Notes: generated by a model from the letters alone, not told the origin. A DNA stretch of 64,000 nt from an uncultured Alphaproteobacteria bacterium (GCA_943787175.1 CALSLK010000021.1:9482-73481); one strand, 5' to 3'. Counted from the first letter of the stretch, positions 41,389 to 52,158 are shown. A program made the numbers and translations.

Positions 41389-44300
41389 ATGGTCATGCTG
41401 TTCATCAAGGACATGCTTGCATTGATACGGGTCACGGTTCGGCGTTTGTCGATCCTGGTGATCCTGTTGGCGGTCGTTGTTGTCGCAGTCTGGTTTACGG
41501 CACGGTACGAGGTCGTTGACTGGCTTGTTCGTCGTGGCCTCTATGAAACACCAACGCCGATAGCGACTTACGAGGTCGTTGAGGTCCGTACGGACCGCAT
41601 CGTTCTGGGCGGTGTTGCCATCGACGGGTTGCTATGGGCCGATCGGGTCGAGATTGGCTATAGCCTGCGCCAGGCGGTCGACGGCAGGGTTGGCACCATC
41701 GTGATCCGCGGTGCCGTTTTGCAGGTCTCGCTCGACAGTTCGGGAAATCCAACAGGACCTGCAAGCGATTGGGTCGCGATGCTGGCGCAATCTGAGTCCA
41801 GCGGTATGCCTCCGGCTTTTGAAAACGTGGTGCTGGAAAACGGCATCGTTGATGTCACGGCTCCCTGGTTGCATCTGCGCGCGGATGTTGACGGTGCCTT
41901 GAAAAACAGCCTGATTGCCGTTGATGGTGCGGGAACCTGGCTGGCCAGTTCCTCTATGGGTACCACAGAAGGTTCATTTTCCCTCCACGCTCCTCATGGA
42001 GAGAGTTCTCCAGAGATTACGATCGCGTTCGATACAGGCGATCTCGGCTATCAGGAAATGGTCGCGCAAGGGCTGAACGGAACGATTCAGATTGAAGCTT
42101 CGGGGTCGCCTCAAGTCATAGCTGACCTTCAGGCCAGGTCCCTCAGCACCAGAGACCACATCATTGCACCTCTTGCGCTTAGCGCCACTGTCGATGGCGG
42201 CGATGTAGCCGGACATCTGACGCTTGGTGATGATCTCAGCGCGATGTCTGCTTCGATCGACGTCGAGCTGGACATCGCAACACCAAACGCCCCTGCAACG
42301 GTTACCGCGTGGCTGGACCTGCAGGAAGATTTTACATTTCCCGGGCCACACGAAATCGAAATTCTGGCGCCTGCGCGGCTCGATATGAGTCTGGCCGCAA
42401 CGGCGGGCCCGAATGCCACCGGCCTGACGACAGAAGAATTGATTGAAGCTCTGAACGTCACGGGTGCCGTGGCAATGCATGCAGAGGGACTGATCGTCCC
42501 CGAATCAGCTTCATCTGGCCAGGTTGACCTTGCCTTCAAACTGGACATGGCCATGAGCGAAGCGCTCATGGTGCTTGAGGGTCCTGGTCACATAAGCGGC
42601 ATCCGATATGCAGGCAGCGATGCCACAGTGCCTTCGCCGCCTGCAATTCTAGGACAAACTTACGACCTGAACTTTGATGATCGCGGACTGAGGCTTGCAC
42701 TCGGCCCAACGGATGAGGGTTGGGTCGTTAGTCCCAGGATAACGGCACATCTGAGTGGAAGTGAAAACCTCGATGGAACGATATCCATGGGAGGTACTGC
42801 AGCGTTGGGCACCGCGTGGAATTTGCTCCGCACCTCTGTCTCCACATTCGAAGTGGATCTCCAGGGCCACATATGGCCGGAACTTGCGGAAGGATCACTC
42901 CGGGTCGCGTGTCAGGGTGCGGGATCGGGCGAGAACTTTGATGGCTCGTTCAATCTTCAGGGAAGATTCGACACCTTGCGTCTTCAGGGTGCCGAAGCGA
43001 CCGATGTCGAAATCGACTTGCCTTCGAGCATCACACTGGTTGATGGCGTGCTCAGTGGCACGGTGCACCCCATTGCATTGGCGCGGGCAGAAACTTTGTC
43101 ATGGAACGATGTGCGCATGGTCGGACTGTTGGCGGAATGGCCCCTGCGATATGCCTATTCAGATCAGGCGCTGCACATTTACCTGACCGACACCGGTTGG
43201 GTCGACATCGAGAGCCTTCAGCACCCGGCGTTCAAACTGGACGACGCGATGTCCATCAAGTTCGAGCCTGAACACTTGCCCAATGTGGTGATCGAACAGC
43301 CTGGCAAGGACATCAGCTGGGACATACGTTTGTCTCTCGCGCCATCAGATATCGCACTGACACTTTTAGACCCGGTCGCCGGCCAGGAACTCTCGGTCGT
43401 TGGGCAGCTCCCGCATATGGGGATTCGGTTCGGCAGCCTGGGGATCAGTCATCTGCAGGGCACGATGGAGTCCTCGCTTGGCGACCTTCACCTGATAGGT
43501 CCTGACCTGCGCGTCGCTGGCATCAAGCTGCTGGTTAACTATAACGATGGCCTCTCGCTATGGCCTCAGATCAGTGCCGAGGTTCGCAAGTTTGAAGATC
43601 TGCACACCCCGGCTCGATTTGCCCCTATTGTCGCAGATGCGCAGTTTGCTCCGGTTTGGCCTTCGGGTGGTGACCTGCGCATCACCGGCAACCTCCACAT
43701 GCAGGACCGGCGTTATCTTGCCAATGTCGAAGCAAGTTATGAACCCGGGCCAGACCGCTTCATGGCTCTGATTCGAATGCCGCCAATCCAGTTCGAGCCC
43801 GGTGGCTCCCAACCTGTTGATGTGTCACCGCTCTATGGTGCGTTGCTGGAAGACGCCGAAGGTTCCTTCGAGATTCTAGGCAAGCTGGGCTATGAAAACG
43901 GCAGGCCGACATCTGACATAACGCTGTTCCTACAGGGCCTTTCTGGCCGCAATGGCGATGTCGAACTTGCGGACCTCAATGGTGAAATTACTCTGTCAGA
44001 ACTCGCTCCCTGGACCACACCACCATCACAGACCCTGACTGCCGAAATGCTTGATATCGGCGTTCCTCTGACCGATGTCGAACTCTCACTGTCCCTACCA
44101 GGTGACGACAGCCTTTACCTGGAACTGGGCACGGCAGGCTTCGCAGGTGGAAGTGTTGCTGTTGGCCCCTCGGTTCTTCGATTGGGGCCGGGCCAGAACC
44201 GTATGGAACTCGATGTCACTGGCGTCGATCTGGCTCGACTGCTTGCCTATGCCGAGATTCCGGACCTGGAAGTCGACGCCAGATTATCGGGCTCACTGCC

Positions 44301-44667
44301 CTTGATCATCAGCGACGACGACTTTGCCATCGTGAACGGCCATTTGGAGTCCCAGGCAGCCGGGACGCTGCGATATGTTCCCACTGGAACGGATGTTCCG
44401 CTCGACCTTGGCGAAGAAAACGTTGGTTTGGTGCTGGACGCGCTGTCCAACTTTCATTTCAGCAGAATCGCCATGGACGTCAACAAACCCCTGGACGGGG
44501 CCACAGACCTCACGCTCCATGTCGCGGGTGCCAATCCTGATCTCTATGATGGCTATCCCATCGAGCTCAACGTCAACGTGACCGGAGATCTCGACAAGGT
44601 TGTGCGTGACAGCCTGGCAGGTTGGCGCATCTCCGAGGAACTGAAAGAGCGTCTGTCGGGTTTTTGA
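41389..44667 (+). CDS. ydbH: YdbH-like large envelope protein (AsmA-like family)
   Basis: 1092 aa; N-terminal signal anchor; followed by ynbE and ydbL homologues exactly as in the enterobacterial ydbH-ynbE-ydbL operon. Confidence 0.7.
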   Translation: MVMLFIKDMLALIRVTVRRLSILVILLAVVVVAVWFTARYEVVDWLVRRGLYETPTPIATYEVVEVRTDRIVLGGVAIDGLLWADRVEIGYSLRQAVDGRVGTIVIRGAVLQVSLDSSGNPTGPASDWVAMLAQSESSGMPPAFENVVLENGIVDVTAPWLHLRADVDGALKNSLIAVDGAGTWLASSSMGTTEGSFSLHAPHGESSPEITIAFDTGDLGYQEMVAQGLNGTIQIEASGSPQVIADLQARSLSTRDHIIAPLALSATVDGGDVAGHLTLGDDLSAMSASIDVELDIATPNAPATVTAWLDLQEDFTFPGPHEIEILAPARLDMSLAATAGPNATGLTTEELIEALNVTGAVAMHAEGLIVPESASSGQVDLAFKLDMAMSEALMVLEGPGHISGIRYAGSDATVPSPPAILGQTYDLNFDDRGLRLALGPTDEGWVVSPRITAHLSGSENLDGTISMGGTAALGTAWNLLRTSVSTFEVDLQGHIWPELAEGSLRVACQGAGSGENFDGSFNLQGRFDTLRLQGAEATDVEIDLPSSITLVDGVLSGTVHPIALARAETLSWNDVRMVGLLAEWPLRYAYSDQALHIYLTDTGWVDIESLQHPAFKLDDAMSIKFEPEHLPNVVIEQPGKDISWDIRLSLAPSDIALTLLDPVAGQELSVVGQLPHMGIRFGSLGISHLQGTMESSLGDLHLIGPDLRVAGIKLLVNYNDGLSLWPQISAEVRKFEDLHTPARFAPIVADAQFAPVWPSGGDLRITGNLHMQDRRYLANVEASYEPGPDRFMALIRMPPIQFEPGGSQPVDVSPLYGALLEDAEGSFEILGKLGYENGRPTSDITLFLQGLSGRNGDVELADLNGEITLSELAPWTTPPSQTLTAEMLDIGVPLTDVELSLSLPGDDSLYLELGTAGFAGGSVAVGPSVLRLGPGQNRMELDVTGVDLARLLAYAEIPDLEVDARLSGSLPLIISDDDFAIVNGHLESQAAGTLRYVPTGTDVPLDLGEENVGLVLDALSNFHFSRIAMDVNKPLDGATDLTLHVAGANPDLYDGYPIELNVNVTGDLDKVVRDSLAGWRISEELKERLSGF

Positions 44668-44698
44668 CACAAACGCGTGTCAGTAAAGGAAGCAGTAT

Positions 44699-44917
44699 AT
44701 GGAAGTACGCATGAGATCTGACCGCAGACGACTTCTTGCCCTCCCGGTTTTGGCAGTGACCGGCCTGTTTGTGACCGCCTGCCAGCCCACGGTACGTCTG
44801 GAGGCGCCCAAGGAACCGATCGTGATCAATCTCAACGTCAAGATTGAACAGGAAGTTCGGGTCAAACTGGAGAAAGACGTAGAGGCCTTGTTGGAGGATG
44901 ACGATGCACTGTTTTGA
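44699..44917 (+). CDS. ynbE: YnbE family lipoprotein
   Basis: Lipobox FVTAC, then RLEAPKEPIVINLNVKIEQEVRVKLEKDVEALLE, close to E. coli YnbE. Confidence 0.8.
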   Translation: MEVRMRSDRRRLLALPVLAVTGLFVTACQPTVRLEAPKEPIVINLNVKIEQEVRVKLEKDVEALLEDDDALF

Positions 44918-45260
44918 GATAACTCGCCGACGGATGCTGGGCATGATTGCCGGTGCTGCTGCCATGATTGCCTTACCCGGCCTTGCCTTTGCACAGAGCC
45001 TCGATGAAGCCCGTCAACTTGGCTACCTGGGCGAACGCCCCGATGGCTACCTTGCCCAACGTGACCCATCCGCACCGTCCTGGGCGACAGAACTGCTGAC
45101 TGAAATCAACAAGGGCCGCGAGCTCAAATATACGGAACTGGCACTCAAGAACGGGACATCCCTGGACGCGGTGCAGGTGGTTGCCGGCGAGAAGATCATC
45201 CAAAGCCTCGCTCCAGGCACCTACTACATGGACGCAACGGGTAACTGGGTGCAAAAATAG
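44898..45260 (+). CDS. ydbL: YdbL (DUF1318) family periplasmic protein
   Basis: Signal peptide, then LDEARQLGYLGERPDGYL...INKGRELKYTELA...QVVAGEKII, DUF1318 pattern. Confidence 0.75.
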   Translation: MTMHCFEITRRRMLGMIAGAAAMIALPGLAFAQSLDEARQLGYLGERPDGYLAQRDPSAPSWATELLTEINKGRELKYTELALKNGTSLDAVQVVAGEKIIQSLAPGTYYMDATGNWVQK

Positions 45261-45296
45261 CGGCTCCTCATCGCTTTCCGCTGTAGTCTGGTTCCC

Positions 45297-46217
45297 ATGT
45301 CCCTGCCCTCTTCGATTGATGCGACCGTGGCGCTGCTGGAATCGGCCGACTATGTCGCCGACCGCAGCCTTGCCACCAGTCTTTATCTTGCCCTGACCAT
45401 GGGTCGCCCGTTGTTTCTTGAGGGCGAAGCTGGCGTCGGCAAGACCGAAACTGCAAAGGTCCTGGCTGCAACGCTTGGCCGCGATCTGATCCGGTTGCAG
45501 TGCTATGAGGGCCTGGACGCTGCCCATGCCGTGTATGAGTGGAACTATCCCCGCCAGATGGTCGAGATCCGGCTGGCCGAGGCGAGCGGCCCTGTCGACC
45601 GCGAACAGATCAGCCGCGACATCTATAGCGAAGAATTTCTGGTCCGCCGTCCGATCCTCCAGGCACTAGAAGAGCACGAGGGCGGTCCACCTGTCCTGCT
45701 GATTGACGAACTGGACCGCACAGACGAGCCCTTTGAGGCCTACCTGCTGGAGGTTCTTTCGGACTTTCAGGTCACGATTCCTGAATTCGGCACGATCAGG
45801 GCACAAGAGCCGCCCATCGTCATCATCACGTCAAACCGGACGCGTGAGATTCACGACGCTCTGAAACGCCGATGCCTCTATGCCTGGATCGACTACCCCT
45901 CTGCCGTGCGCGAGCTCGATATCCTGCGGCGCAAGATGCCCAACTGCAGTGAACAGCTGTCTGCAGAGATCGTGGGGTTTGTGCAGGCCCTGCGCGACCG
46001 TGACCTCTTTAAGATGCCCGGCATTGCTGAGACCCTGGACTGGGCCACGGCTCTGGTCAGCCTGGACGCCATGACCCTGAATGCCCAGACGGTCGATGAC
46101 ACACTGGGCGTCCTGCTGAAGTACCAGGACGATATTGCGCGTATCAAAGGCACGGAAGCCGCAGGGCTTCTGGACCAGCTCCGCGCCAACATGGCCGTCG
46201 AAGCGGCCGCCCAATGA
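45297..46217 (+). CDS. coxD: MoxR-type AAA+ ATPase, CoxD subfamily
   Basis: Walker A GEAGVGKTE; Walker B LLIDELDR; MoxR architecture. Confidence 0.8.
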   Translation: MSLPSSIDATVALLESADYVADRSLATSLYLALTMGRPLFLEGEAGVGKTETAKVLAATLGRDLIRLQCYEGLDAAHAVYEWNYPRQMVEIRLAEASGPVDREQISRDIYSEEFLVRRPILQALEEHEGGPPVLLIDELDRTDEPFEAYLLEVLSDFQVTIPEFGTIRAQEPPIVIITSNRTREIHDALKRRCLYAWIDYPSAVRELDILRRKMPNCSEQLSAEIVGFVQALRDRDLFKMPGIAETLDWATALVSLDAMTLNAQTVDDTLGVLLKYQDDIARIKGTEAAGLLDQLRANMAVEAAAQ

Positions 46218-47422
46218 CAGCAACCGACCGCGCCGGTCGGCTGGCCGACAACATCATGCATTTTGCCCGCGCATTACGGGCAACGGGCGTTCCTGTCGGT
46301 CCAGGCAGCGTGCTTGATGCACTTCAGGCCGTCGAGGCCGCCGGCATAAGACGCCGCGAAGATTTTTACTGGACACTGCACAGTGTGTTTGTCCATCGCC
46401 GCGAACAACGCGATCTGTTTGACCAGATATTTCACCTGTTCTGGCGCGACCCCAAACTTCTTGAACGCATGCTGGGGCTTTCGCTTCCTTCGCTTGCGGC
46501 CGATTTCCAAGACCACACGGACCCAGTTGCCCGCCGCGTCGCCGAAGCCATGGGCTTGGGTGACAAGGAAAATCAGGCGCAGGACGACGAGGTCGAGTTC
46601 GATATGACCATGACATTTTCCGATCAGGAAAACCTGCGTCAGATGGACTTTGACGATATGTCGGCAGAGGAGACAGAAGCCGCCAGAAAAGCAATCGCGC
46701 GCATGCGTATGTCCTTCGAACGTATCCGCTCACGCCGCTTGATCCCAAGCTCGACAGGTTCCCGCATCGACCTGCGTCGAACCCTGCGTGAAGCCCCACG
46801 TTCTGCCCACGGCATCATGCCTCTTCATCGCGTTCGCCAGGATCATAGACCGCCTGTCCTGGTACTCATATGCGACATCTCCGGGTCCATGACGGGTTAC
46901 AGCCGCATGCTGATCCACTTTGCTCATGCGCTGACCAACGACCAGCATCGCGTACACACCTTTGCGTTCGGCACGCGCCTGACCAACATCACGCGCGACT
47001 TGCGCAATCGCGATGTTGACCTGGCTTTGACAAAGGTTGCCAAACGGGTCGATGACTGGTCTGGCGGCACCAAGATCAGCGGCTGCCTGCATGACTTCAA
47101 TCGCGACTGGTCCCGCCGGGTTCTTGGCCAGGGAGCCGTTGTGGTGCTGGTGACAGACGGCCTGGACCGCGATACCGATGGCGGCCTGGCGCACGAAATG
47201 ACTCTGCTGCAGCGGTCCTGTCGCAGATTGATCTGGCTGAATCCCCTGTTGCGCTGGCGCGGTTTTGAGCCGAGATCATGGGGAATTCGCACCATGCTTC
47301 CCCATGTCGATGCCTTCAGAGCCTGCCATAATCTCGATAGCCTGGAAGACCTCGCACGTTCCCTTTCCGGCGAGGATCAGAGTGCTGACGAGGAGATGAA
47401 ACGATGGCTGAACGCAGCATGA
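46214..47422 (+). CDS. coxE: VWA domain-containing protein, CoxE family
   Basis: 402 aa; C-terminal VWA with MIDAS DxSGS (LICDISGSM); overlaps coxD stop. Confidence 0.75.
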   Translation: MTATDRAGRLADNIMHFARALRATGVPVGPGSVLDALQAVEAAGIRRREDFYWTLHSVFVHRREQRDLFDQIFHLFWRDPKLLERMLGLSLPSLAADFQDHTDPVARRVAEAMGLGDKENQAQDDEVEFDMTMTFSDQENLRQMDFDDMSAEETEAARKAIARMRMSFERIRSRRLIPSSTGSRIDLRRTLREAPRSAHGIMPLHRVRQDHRPPVLVLICDISGSMTGYSRMLIHFAHALTNDQHRVHTFAFGTRLTNITRDLRNRDVDLALTKVAKRVDDWSGGTKISGCLHDFNRDWSRRVLGQGAVVVLVTDGLDRDTDGGLAHEMTLLQRSCRRLIWLNPLLRWRGFEPRSWGIRTMLPHVDAFRACHNLDSLEDLARSLSGEDQSADEEMKRWLNAA

Positions 47423-47733
47423 ACGAAGACGTCCTGCACATTGCACAGGCCTGGCATGAGGCGGGACAGCGTGTCGCGCTTGCAACCGTCACAGCGACCT
47501 GGGGTTCCAGTCCGCGTCCGGTCGGAAGCTTGCTGGCGGTGCGCGAAGACGGCAGCTTTGAAGGCTCGGTCTCCGGCGGCTGCATCGAGGGTTCCGTGAT
47601 CGGAGAAGCCCGGAATGCCATGTCCGACGGTAAAGTCCGCAATCTTGAATTCTCCGTCAGCAACGAAACCGCCTGGGAAGTCGGTCTGACCTGCGGCGGC
47701 ACCGTGCGTGTCTTTGTCGAGCCGCTATCATGA
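47404..47733 (+). CDS. XdhC/CoxI N-terminal-domain protein (stand-alone)
   Basis: 109 aa; RVALATVTATWGSSPRPVGSLLAV...GSVSGGCIEGSV matches the XdhC_CoxI domain; ATGA overlap with the next ORF. Confidence 0.6.
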   Translation: MAERSMNEDVLHIAQAWHEAGQRVALATVTATWGSSPRPVGSLLAVREDGSFEGSVSGGCIEGSVIGEARNAMSDGKVRNLEFSVSNETAWEVGLTCGGTVRVFVEPLS

Positions 47734-48410
47734 AGATGGCAACGCTTCGGGCCCTCAATGAGGCCCGCAACGCCAAACGCGCTGTCGTATTGGCAACATG
47801 GCTCGATACAGGTGAAGAACGTCTGATCGGGTTGGATGAGCCCGTTGAAGAGTCTATTTCAGCAGCCGTGGCCGAAGCATTCGCCCATGATCGCTCGACG
47901 ACCGTCGAGGTTGATGGACGCGATCTCTTTCTCAATGTCTTTAATCCACCCCTGCGTCTTGTCGTCATCGGCGCGGTCCATGTCGCTCAGCCCCTGGCAA
48001 CCTTGGCGCAGACTGTCGGCTACGATGTCACCATCGTCGATCCACGTCGTGCCTGGTCCGATCCGGCACGGTTCCCGGGCATCCGTGTTCTCAACACATG
48101 GCCAGACGATGCCTTGAAGACACTCGAACTCGATCATCGCACCGCCGTGGCAACCTTGACCCACGACCCCAAGATCGACGATCCGGCGCTGCACATCGCA
48201 CTTCGCGCACCGGTATTTTACGTTGGCTCTCTGGGCAGCAGACGCACCCATGCCAAACGCCTGGACCGCCTTCATGAGGCTGGTTTCAGTACGACAGAAA
48301 CCGACAGGATCAACGCCCCAATCGGCTTGGATATCGGTGCCCGATCCCATGCAGAAATCGCACTTTCGGTGATGGCCGAAGTCGTCGCTGCGCAACATGG
48401 CAAACTCTGA
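47730..48410 (+). CDS. XdhC family molybdenum-cofactor insertion chaperone (CoxF-like)
   Basis: 226 aa; short XdhC_CoxI-like N-region plus Rossmann-like XdhC_C (LRLVVIGAVHVAQPLATLAQTVGYDVTIVDPR). Confidence 0.7.
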   Translation: MKMATLRALNEARNAKRAVVLATWLDTGEERLIGLDEPVEESISAAVAEAFAHDRSTTVEVDGRDLFLNVFNPPLRLVVIGAVHVAQPLATLAQTVGYDVTIVDPRRAWSDPARFPGIRVLNTWPDDALKTLELDHRTAVATLTHDPKIDDPALHIALRAPVFYVGSLGSRRTHAKRLDRLHEAGFSTTETDRINAPIGLDIGARSHAEIALSVMAEVVAAQHGKL

Positions 48411-50030
48411 TGATCTTTGATGAGATTCCAACACCAGAGGCTGCCGGTGCCATCCTCGTGCACAGCACACGCTGCGGCGATCGCACACTCAAGAAGGGCC
48501 TCCATCTGACGGCTGAGCATGTGGCATCGTTAGATGGCATCGGGTGTCGAGAACATCACCGTTGCACGTCTGGAACCCGGAGACGTCCACGAGGACGAAG
48601 CGGCCCGCCTGCTCGCTGACGCTCTGGCTGGCGAGAACCTGACAGTCAAGGCACCCTTTACCGGCCGCGCCAATCTGCATGCTGGGCTGGACGGCCTTGC
48701 CAGTCTGGACATCCAGGCCATCGATGCGGTCAACATGGTCGACGAAGCGGTCACCGTGGCTACTGTCCCTTCCTTCGAGCGCGTGACATCCGGGCAGATG
48801 GTTGCCACGGTCAAGATCATCCCCTTCGCCGTTCCAAAAGAGACGCTCGATCTGTGCCTTGCTGCGGCAAGCACATCAAATGGTGCAATCGGCGTCGCTG
48901 GTTTCCGCGGCCATCGTGTCGCCCTCATCCTGACCCGCACGGCTGCCATCAAGGACCGTGTCCTCGACAAGACCGCCGATGTGGTTGAAACCCGCCTCGC
49001 CTCTCTTGGCATGCACTTAAGCCGTCAGGAACGCGTGCCGCACCGCGGGCAGGAACTGGCGCAGGCGATTAAGACCCTTGCCTGCGAACATGACCTGGTT
49101 CTGGTGTATGGCGCATCAGCCATTACCGACCGCCGGGACGTCGTGCCTGCGGCCATCGAGCAGGCAGGTGGCTACGTTGACCATTTGGGCATGCCGGTCG
49201 ATCCGGGAAACCTCCTGCTCCTCGGACATCTTGATGACACGACCGTTCTGGGACTGCCCGGTTGTGCGCGATCTCCCAAACTGAACGGATTCGATTGGGT
49301 GCTACAGCGTTTGGCAGCAGGCCTTCAGGTCACGGGCCGTGACATCATGGCGATGGGTGTCGGTGGTTTGTTGAAAGAAATCCCACTGCGGCCCCGGCCA
49401 CGCGAGCAGACCGAAGACGATCAGGACCGTGCAGACCGTCGCGCAGGTGTTGCCGCACTGGTCCTTGCTGCAGGCCAGTCACGCCGCATGGGGCCTGCCA
49501 ACAAGCTACTGATTCCGGTCGATGACAAACCCATGGTGCGCCACGTCGTCGATGCCTTGGAGGGTGCACGCATAGAGACCGTCCACGTCGTGATCGGCCA
49601 TGAAGCAGAAGCCGTCAAACAGGTGCTGACCGGTCACAACGTTTCCTTCACCCTAAACCCGCACTTCGATGAAGGGTTGAGCACCTCCCTTCAGGCAGGT
49701 CTTGCCGCATTACCCGACGACATTGACGCCGTTCTGGTTTGCCTGGGTGACATGCCGGGTATCCGCGCAACCGACATCGAAGCCATCATCCGTGCCTACG
49801 ATCCGTCCGAAGGCCACGCCATTGTGGTTCCCACCCACCAGGGCAAGCGGGGCAATCCGGTACTTTGGGATCGCCGCTTCTTCGAAGCCATGACATCGAT
49901 TTCCGGTGACACGGGTGCCCGTCACCTGATCGGCGAAAACGAAGACCTTGTGATTGAAGTCAAGATGGCTGATTCGGCTGTTCTGGAAGACTTCGATACC
50001 CCTGAAAGCCTGACATCACGGCAATCCTGA
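48410..50030 (+). CDS. molybdopterin-binding (MoCF-biosynthesis-type) domain fused to a MobA/MocA-like nucleotidyltransferase; apparent frameshift near 48543-48548
   Basis: N-terminus MIFDEIPTPEAAGAILVHS... is in one frame and continues as ENITVARLEPGDVHEDEAA in another. C-terminal half has LVLAAGQSRRMGPANKLL (MobA-like). Confidence 0.65.
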
Positions 50031-50118
50031 CATCATCGCGACTCCTGCTGGTCGCATCCGGGCTCGCTTTCGTGCCAGCAATTCTGCACTCTCGCCGCCG
50101 ATTCGCGAGGACCGCATC

Positions 50119-51348
50119 ATGACCGTGACCCTGGAAGACATCCGTGACGCCGCCAAACTGCTGGACGGCCAGATCATCAAGACGCCGTGCACGGTTTCAC
50201 GCACGCTCTCTGAGATCAGCGGTGCAACCGTTTATGTAAAATTCGAGAACCAGCAGTTCACTGCATCGTTCAAGGATCGCGGCGCTCTGGTAAAGATGGC
50301 AACACTCGATGATGCGCAGCGCGCCAAGGGCGTCATTGCCATGTCGGCTGGCAACCATGCCCAGGCCGTGGCCTATCACGCGCAGCGCCTCGGGATTCCG
50401 GCAACCATCGTGATGCCCCAGGGCGCGCCGACCGTGAAGGTCAAAAACACCCGCAGATTCGGTGCCAAGGTTATCCTGACCGGTGAGACAATCGACGATG
50501 CAGCAGTTGCAGCACGCCAGATCGCGGCTGATGAAGGTCTGACCTTTGTCCACCCCTATGACGACGAGAAAGTCATGACCGGCCAGGGCACCGTGGGCCT
50601 GGAAATGATGGAATGCGCACCTGACCTGGACGCGATCATCGTTCCGATTGGCGGCGGCGGACTGATCGGGGGCATCGCCATCGCCGCCAAGGCAATCAAT
50701 CCTGATATCGAAATCTATGGCGTGGAAGCCGCCCTGTTTCCGTCGATGTATCAGTCGATGCAAGGGCTCACGGTCAAGGCCGGCGGCCGCACGATCGCTG
50801 ACGGTATCGCGGTCAAAACACCCGGCAAGGTCACCATGCCGGTCATCAAGGAGCACGTTGAAGACATCATGCTGGTGACCGAAGACCAGTTGGAACACGG
50901 CGTCCAGATGTATCTCGAGATTGAAAAGACTGTGGCAGAGGGAGGCGGCGCTGCGCCGCTGGCCGCGCTACTTGCCCACCCCGACCGTTTTTCGGGAAAG
51001 AAGGTGGGCCTGGTGCTGACCGGCGGCAACATCGACAGCCGCATCGTTTCAGCCGTGATCGAACATGGCCTTGTGCGCGACGGCCGCATGGTGCGCCTGC
51101 GCATCGAAATCTCCGATGCACCGGGGACGTTGGGACTGATTGCCCAGATCATCGGCAAGTGTGATGCCAACATCATCGAGGTCTATCATCAACGTGCTTT
51201 CTCCAGCCTGCCGGTCAAGCTGGCCGAGCTCGATATTGTGGTCGAAACGCTCGACCGCGATCATGTCGCCGACGTCGTCAGCCATCTGACAGCAGCTGGA
51301 TTCACCGTTAAACCGGTCGGCCCAGACGCATCTTCCCTGACCACCTGA
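50119..51348 (+). CDS. ilvA: threonine ammonia-lyase (threonine dehydratase)
   Basis: 409 aa; PLP-lysine context FENQQFTASFKDRGA; GGGGLIGG loop; C-terminal ACT-like domain. Confidence 0.85.
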   Translation: MTVTLEDIRDAAKLLDGQIIKTPCTVSRTLSEISGATVYVKFENQQFTASFKDRGALVKMATLDDAQRAKGVIAMSAGNHAQAVAYHAQRLGIPATIVMPQGAPTVKVKNTRRFGAKVILTGETIDDAAVAARQIAADEGLTFVHPYDDEKVMTGQGTVGLEMMECAPDLDAIIVPIGGGGLIGGIAIAAKAINPDIEIYGVEAALFPSMYQSMQGLTVKAGGRTIADGIAVKTPGKVTMPVIKEHVEDIMLVTEDQLEHGVQMYLEIEKTVAEGGGAAPLAALLAHPDRFSGKKVGLVLTGGNIDSRIVSAVIEHGLVRDGRMVRLRIEISDAPGTLGLIAQIIGKCDANIIEVYHQRAFSSLPVKLAELDIVVETLDRDHVADVVSHLTAAGFTVKPVGPDASSLTT

Positions 51349-51412
51349 CCCTGTGAACAGCGATGTCTGAGACAGTTGACGGGTGCCTGCTAGATCGAGA
51401 AACTCCGACCCC

Positions 51413-52147
51413 ATGAAAAACAAGGTTATCTGCGTCGTTCACGGTGAAGAGTCCAACACGGGCCGCATCGGCCGCGTGGTCCGCGACAAGGGCTTCGAGG
51501 AAGTGCGCTGCTGCGTGAAAATGGGCGATACCCTGCCTGAGCAGTTCGACGAAATCGCCGGCGCAGTGATCTTCGGCGGCCCCATGAGCGCCAACGATGA
51601 CGACACTCTCGATTTTCTGGCCAAGGAGCTGCGCTGGATCGACACGGTGATGGCTGCAGACGTTCCGTTCCTGGGCGTTTGCCTGGGCGCACAGATGCTG
51701 GCGCGGACTATGGGCGCCACCGTCAAACCGCATGATGAGGGTTGGCACGAGATCGGCTACACCCAGATTGTCCCCACCCGAGCCGACTGCGACATCCTGG
51801 GCGGCATGCGCCATTTCTACCAATGGCACGGCGAAGGTTTTGAAATCCCTTCAGGTTGCGATCATCTGGCAACTGGCGCATCAGGCCACTTTCCCAACCA
51901 GATGTTCCGCGCCGCACCCCATGCCTATGGCGTGCAATTCCATCCCGAGTGCACGCTCGACATCGTCCAGTGCTGGATGACCGAAGCGGCTCACAAGCTG
52001 GAAGAACGCGGCGCTCAGCAGCCCCATGAACAGCTCGCCAACGCTGAAAAGTACGATCACCTGGTCGAAGCCTGGGTGCCGGGATTCATTGATCGTTGGC
52101 TTGGCCTTGCCCCAGTGTCAGCAACTGCGCGTGCAGCTGCCGAGTAA
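51413..52147 (+). CDS. type 1 glutamine amidotransferase-like protein
   Basis: GATase1 nucleophile elbow LGVCLGAQ and HPE triad region (GVQFHPE). Confidence 0.7.
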   Translation: MKNKVICVVHGEESNTGRIGRVVRDKGFEEVRCCVKMGDTLPEQFDEIAGAVIFGGPMSANDDDTLDFLAKELRWIDTVMAADVPFLGVCLGAQMLARTMGATVKPHDEGWHEIGYTQIVPTRADCDILGGMRHFYQWHGEGFEIPSGCDHLATGASGHFPNQMFRAAPHAYGVQFHPECTLDIVQCWMTEAAHKLEERGAQQPHEQLANAEKYDHLVEAWVPGFIDRWLGLAPVSATARAAAE

Positions 52148-52158
52148 ATCCAGTGCGA

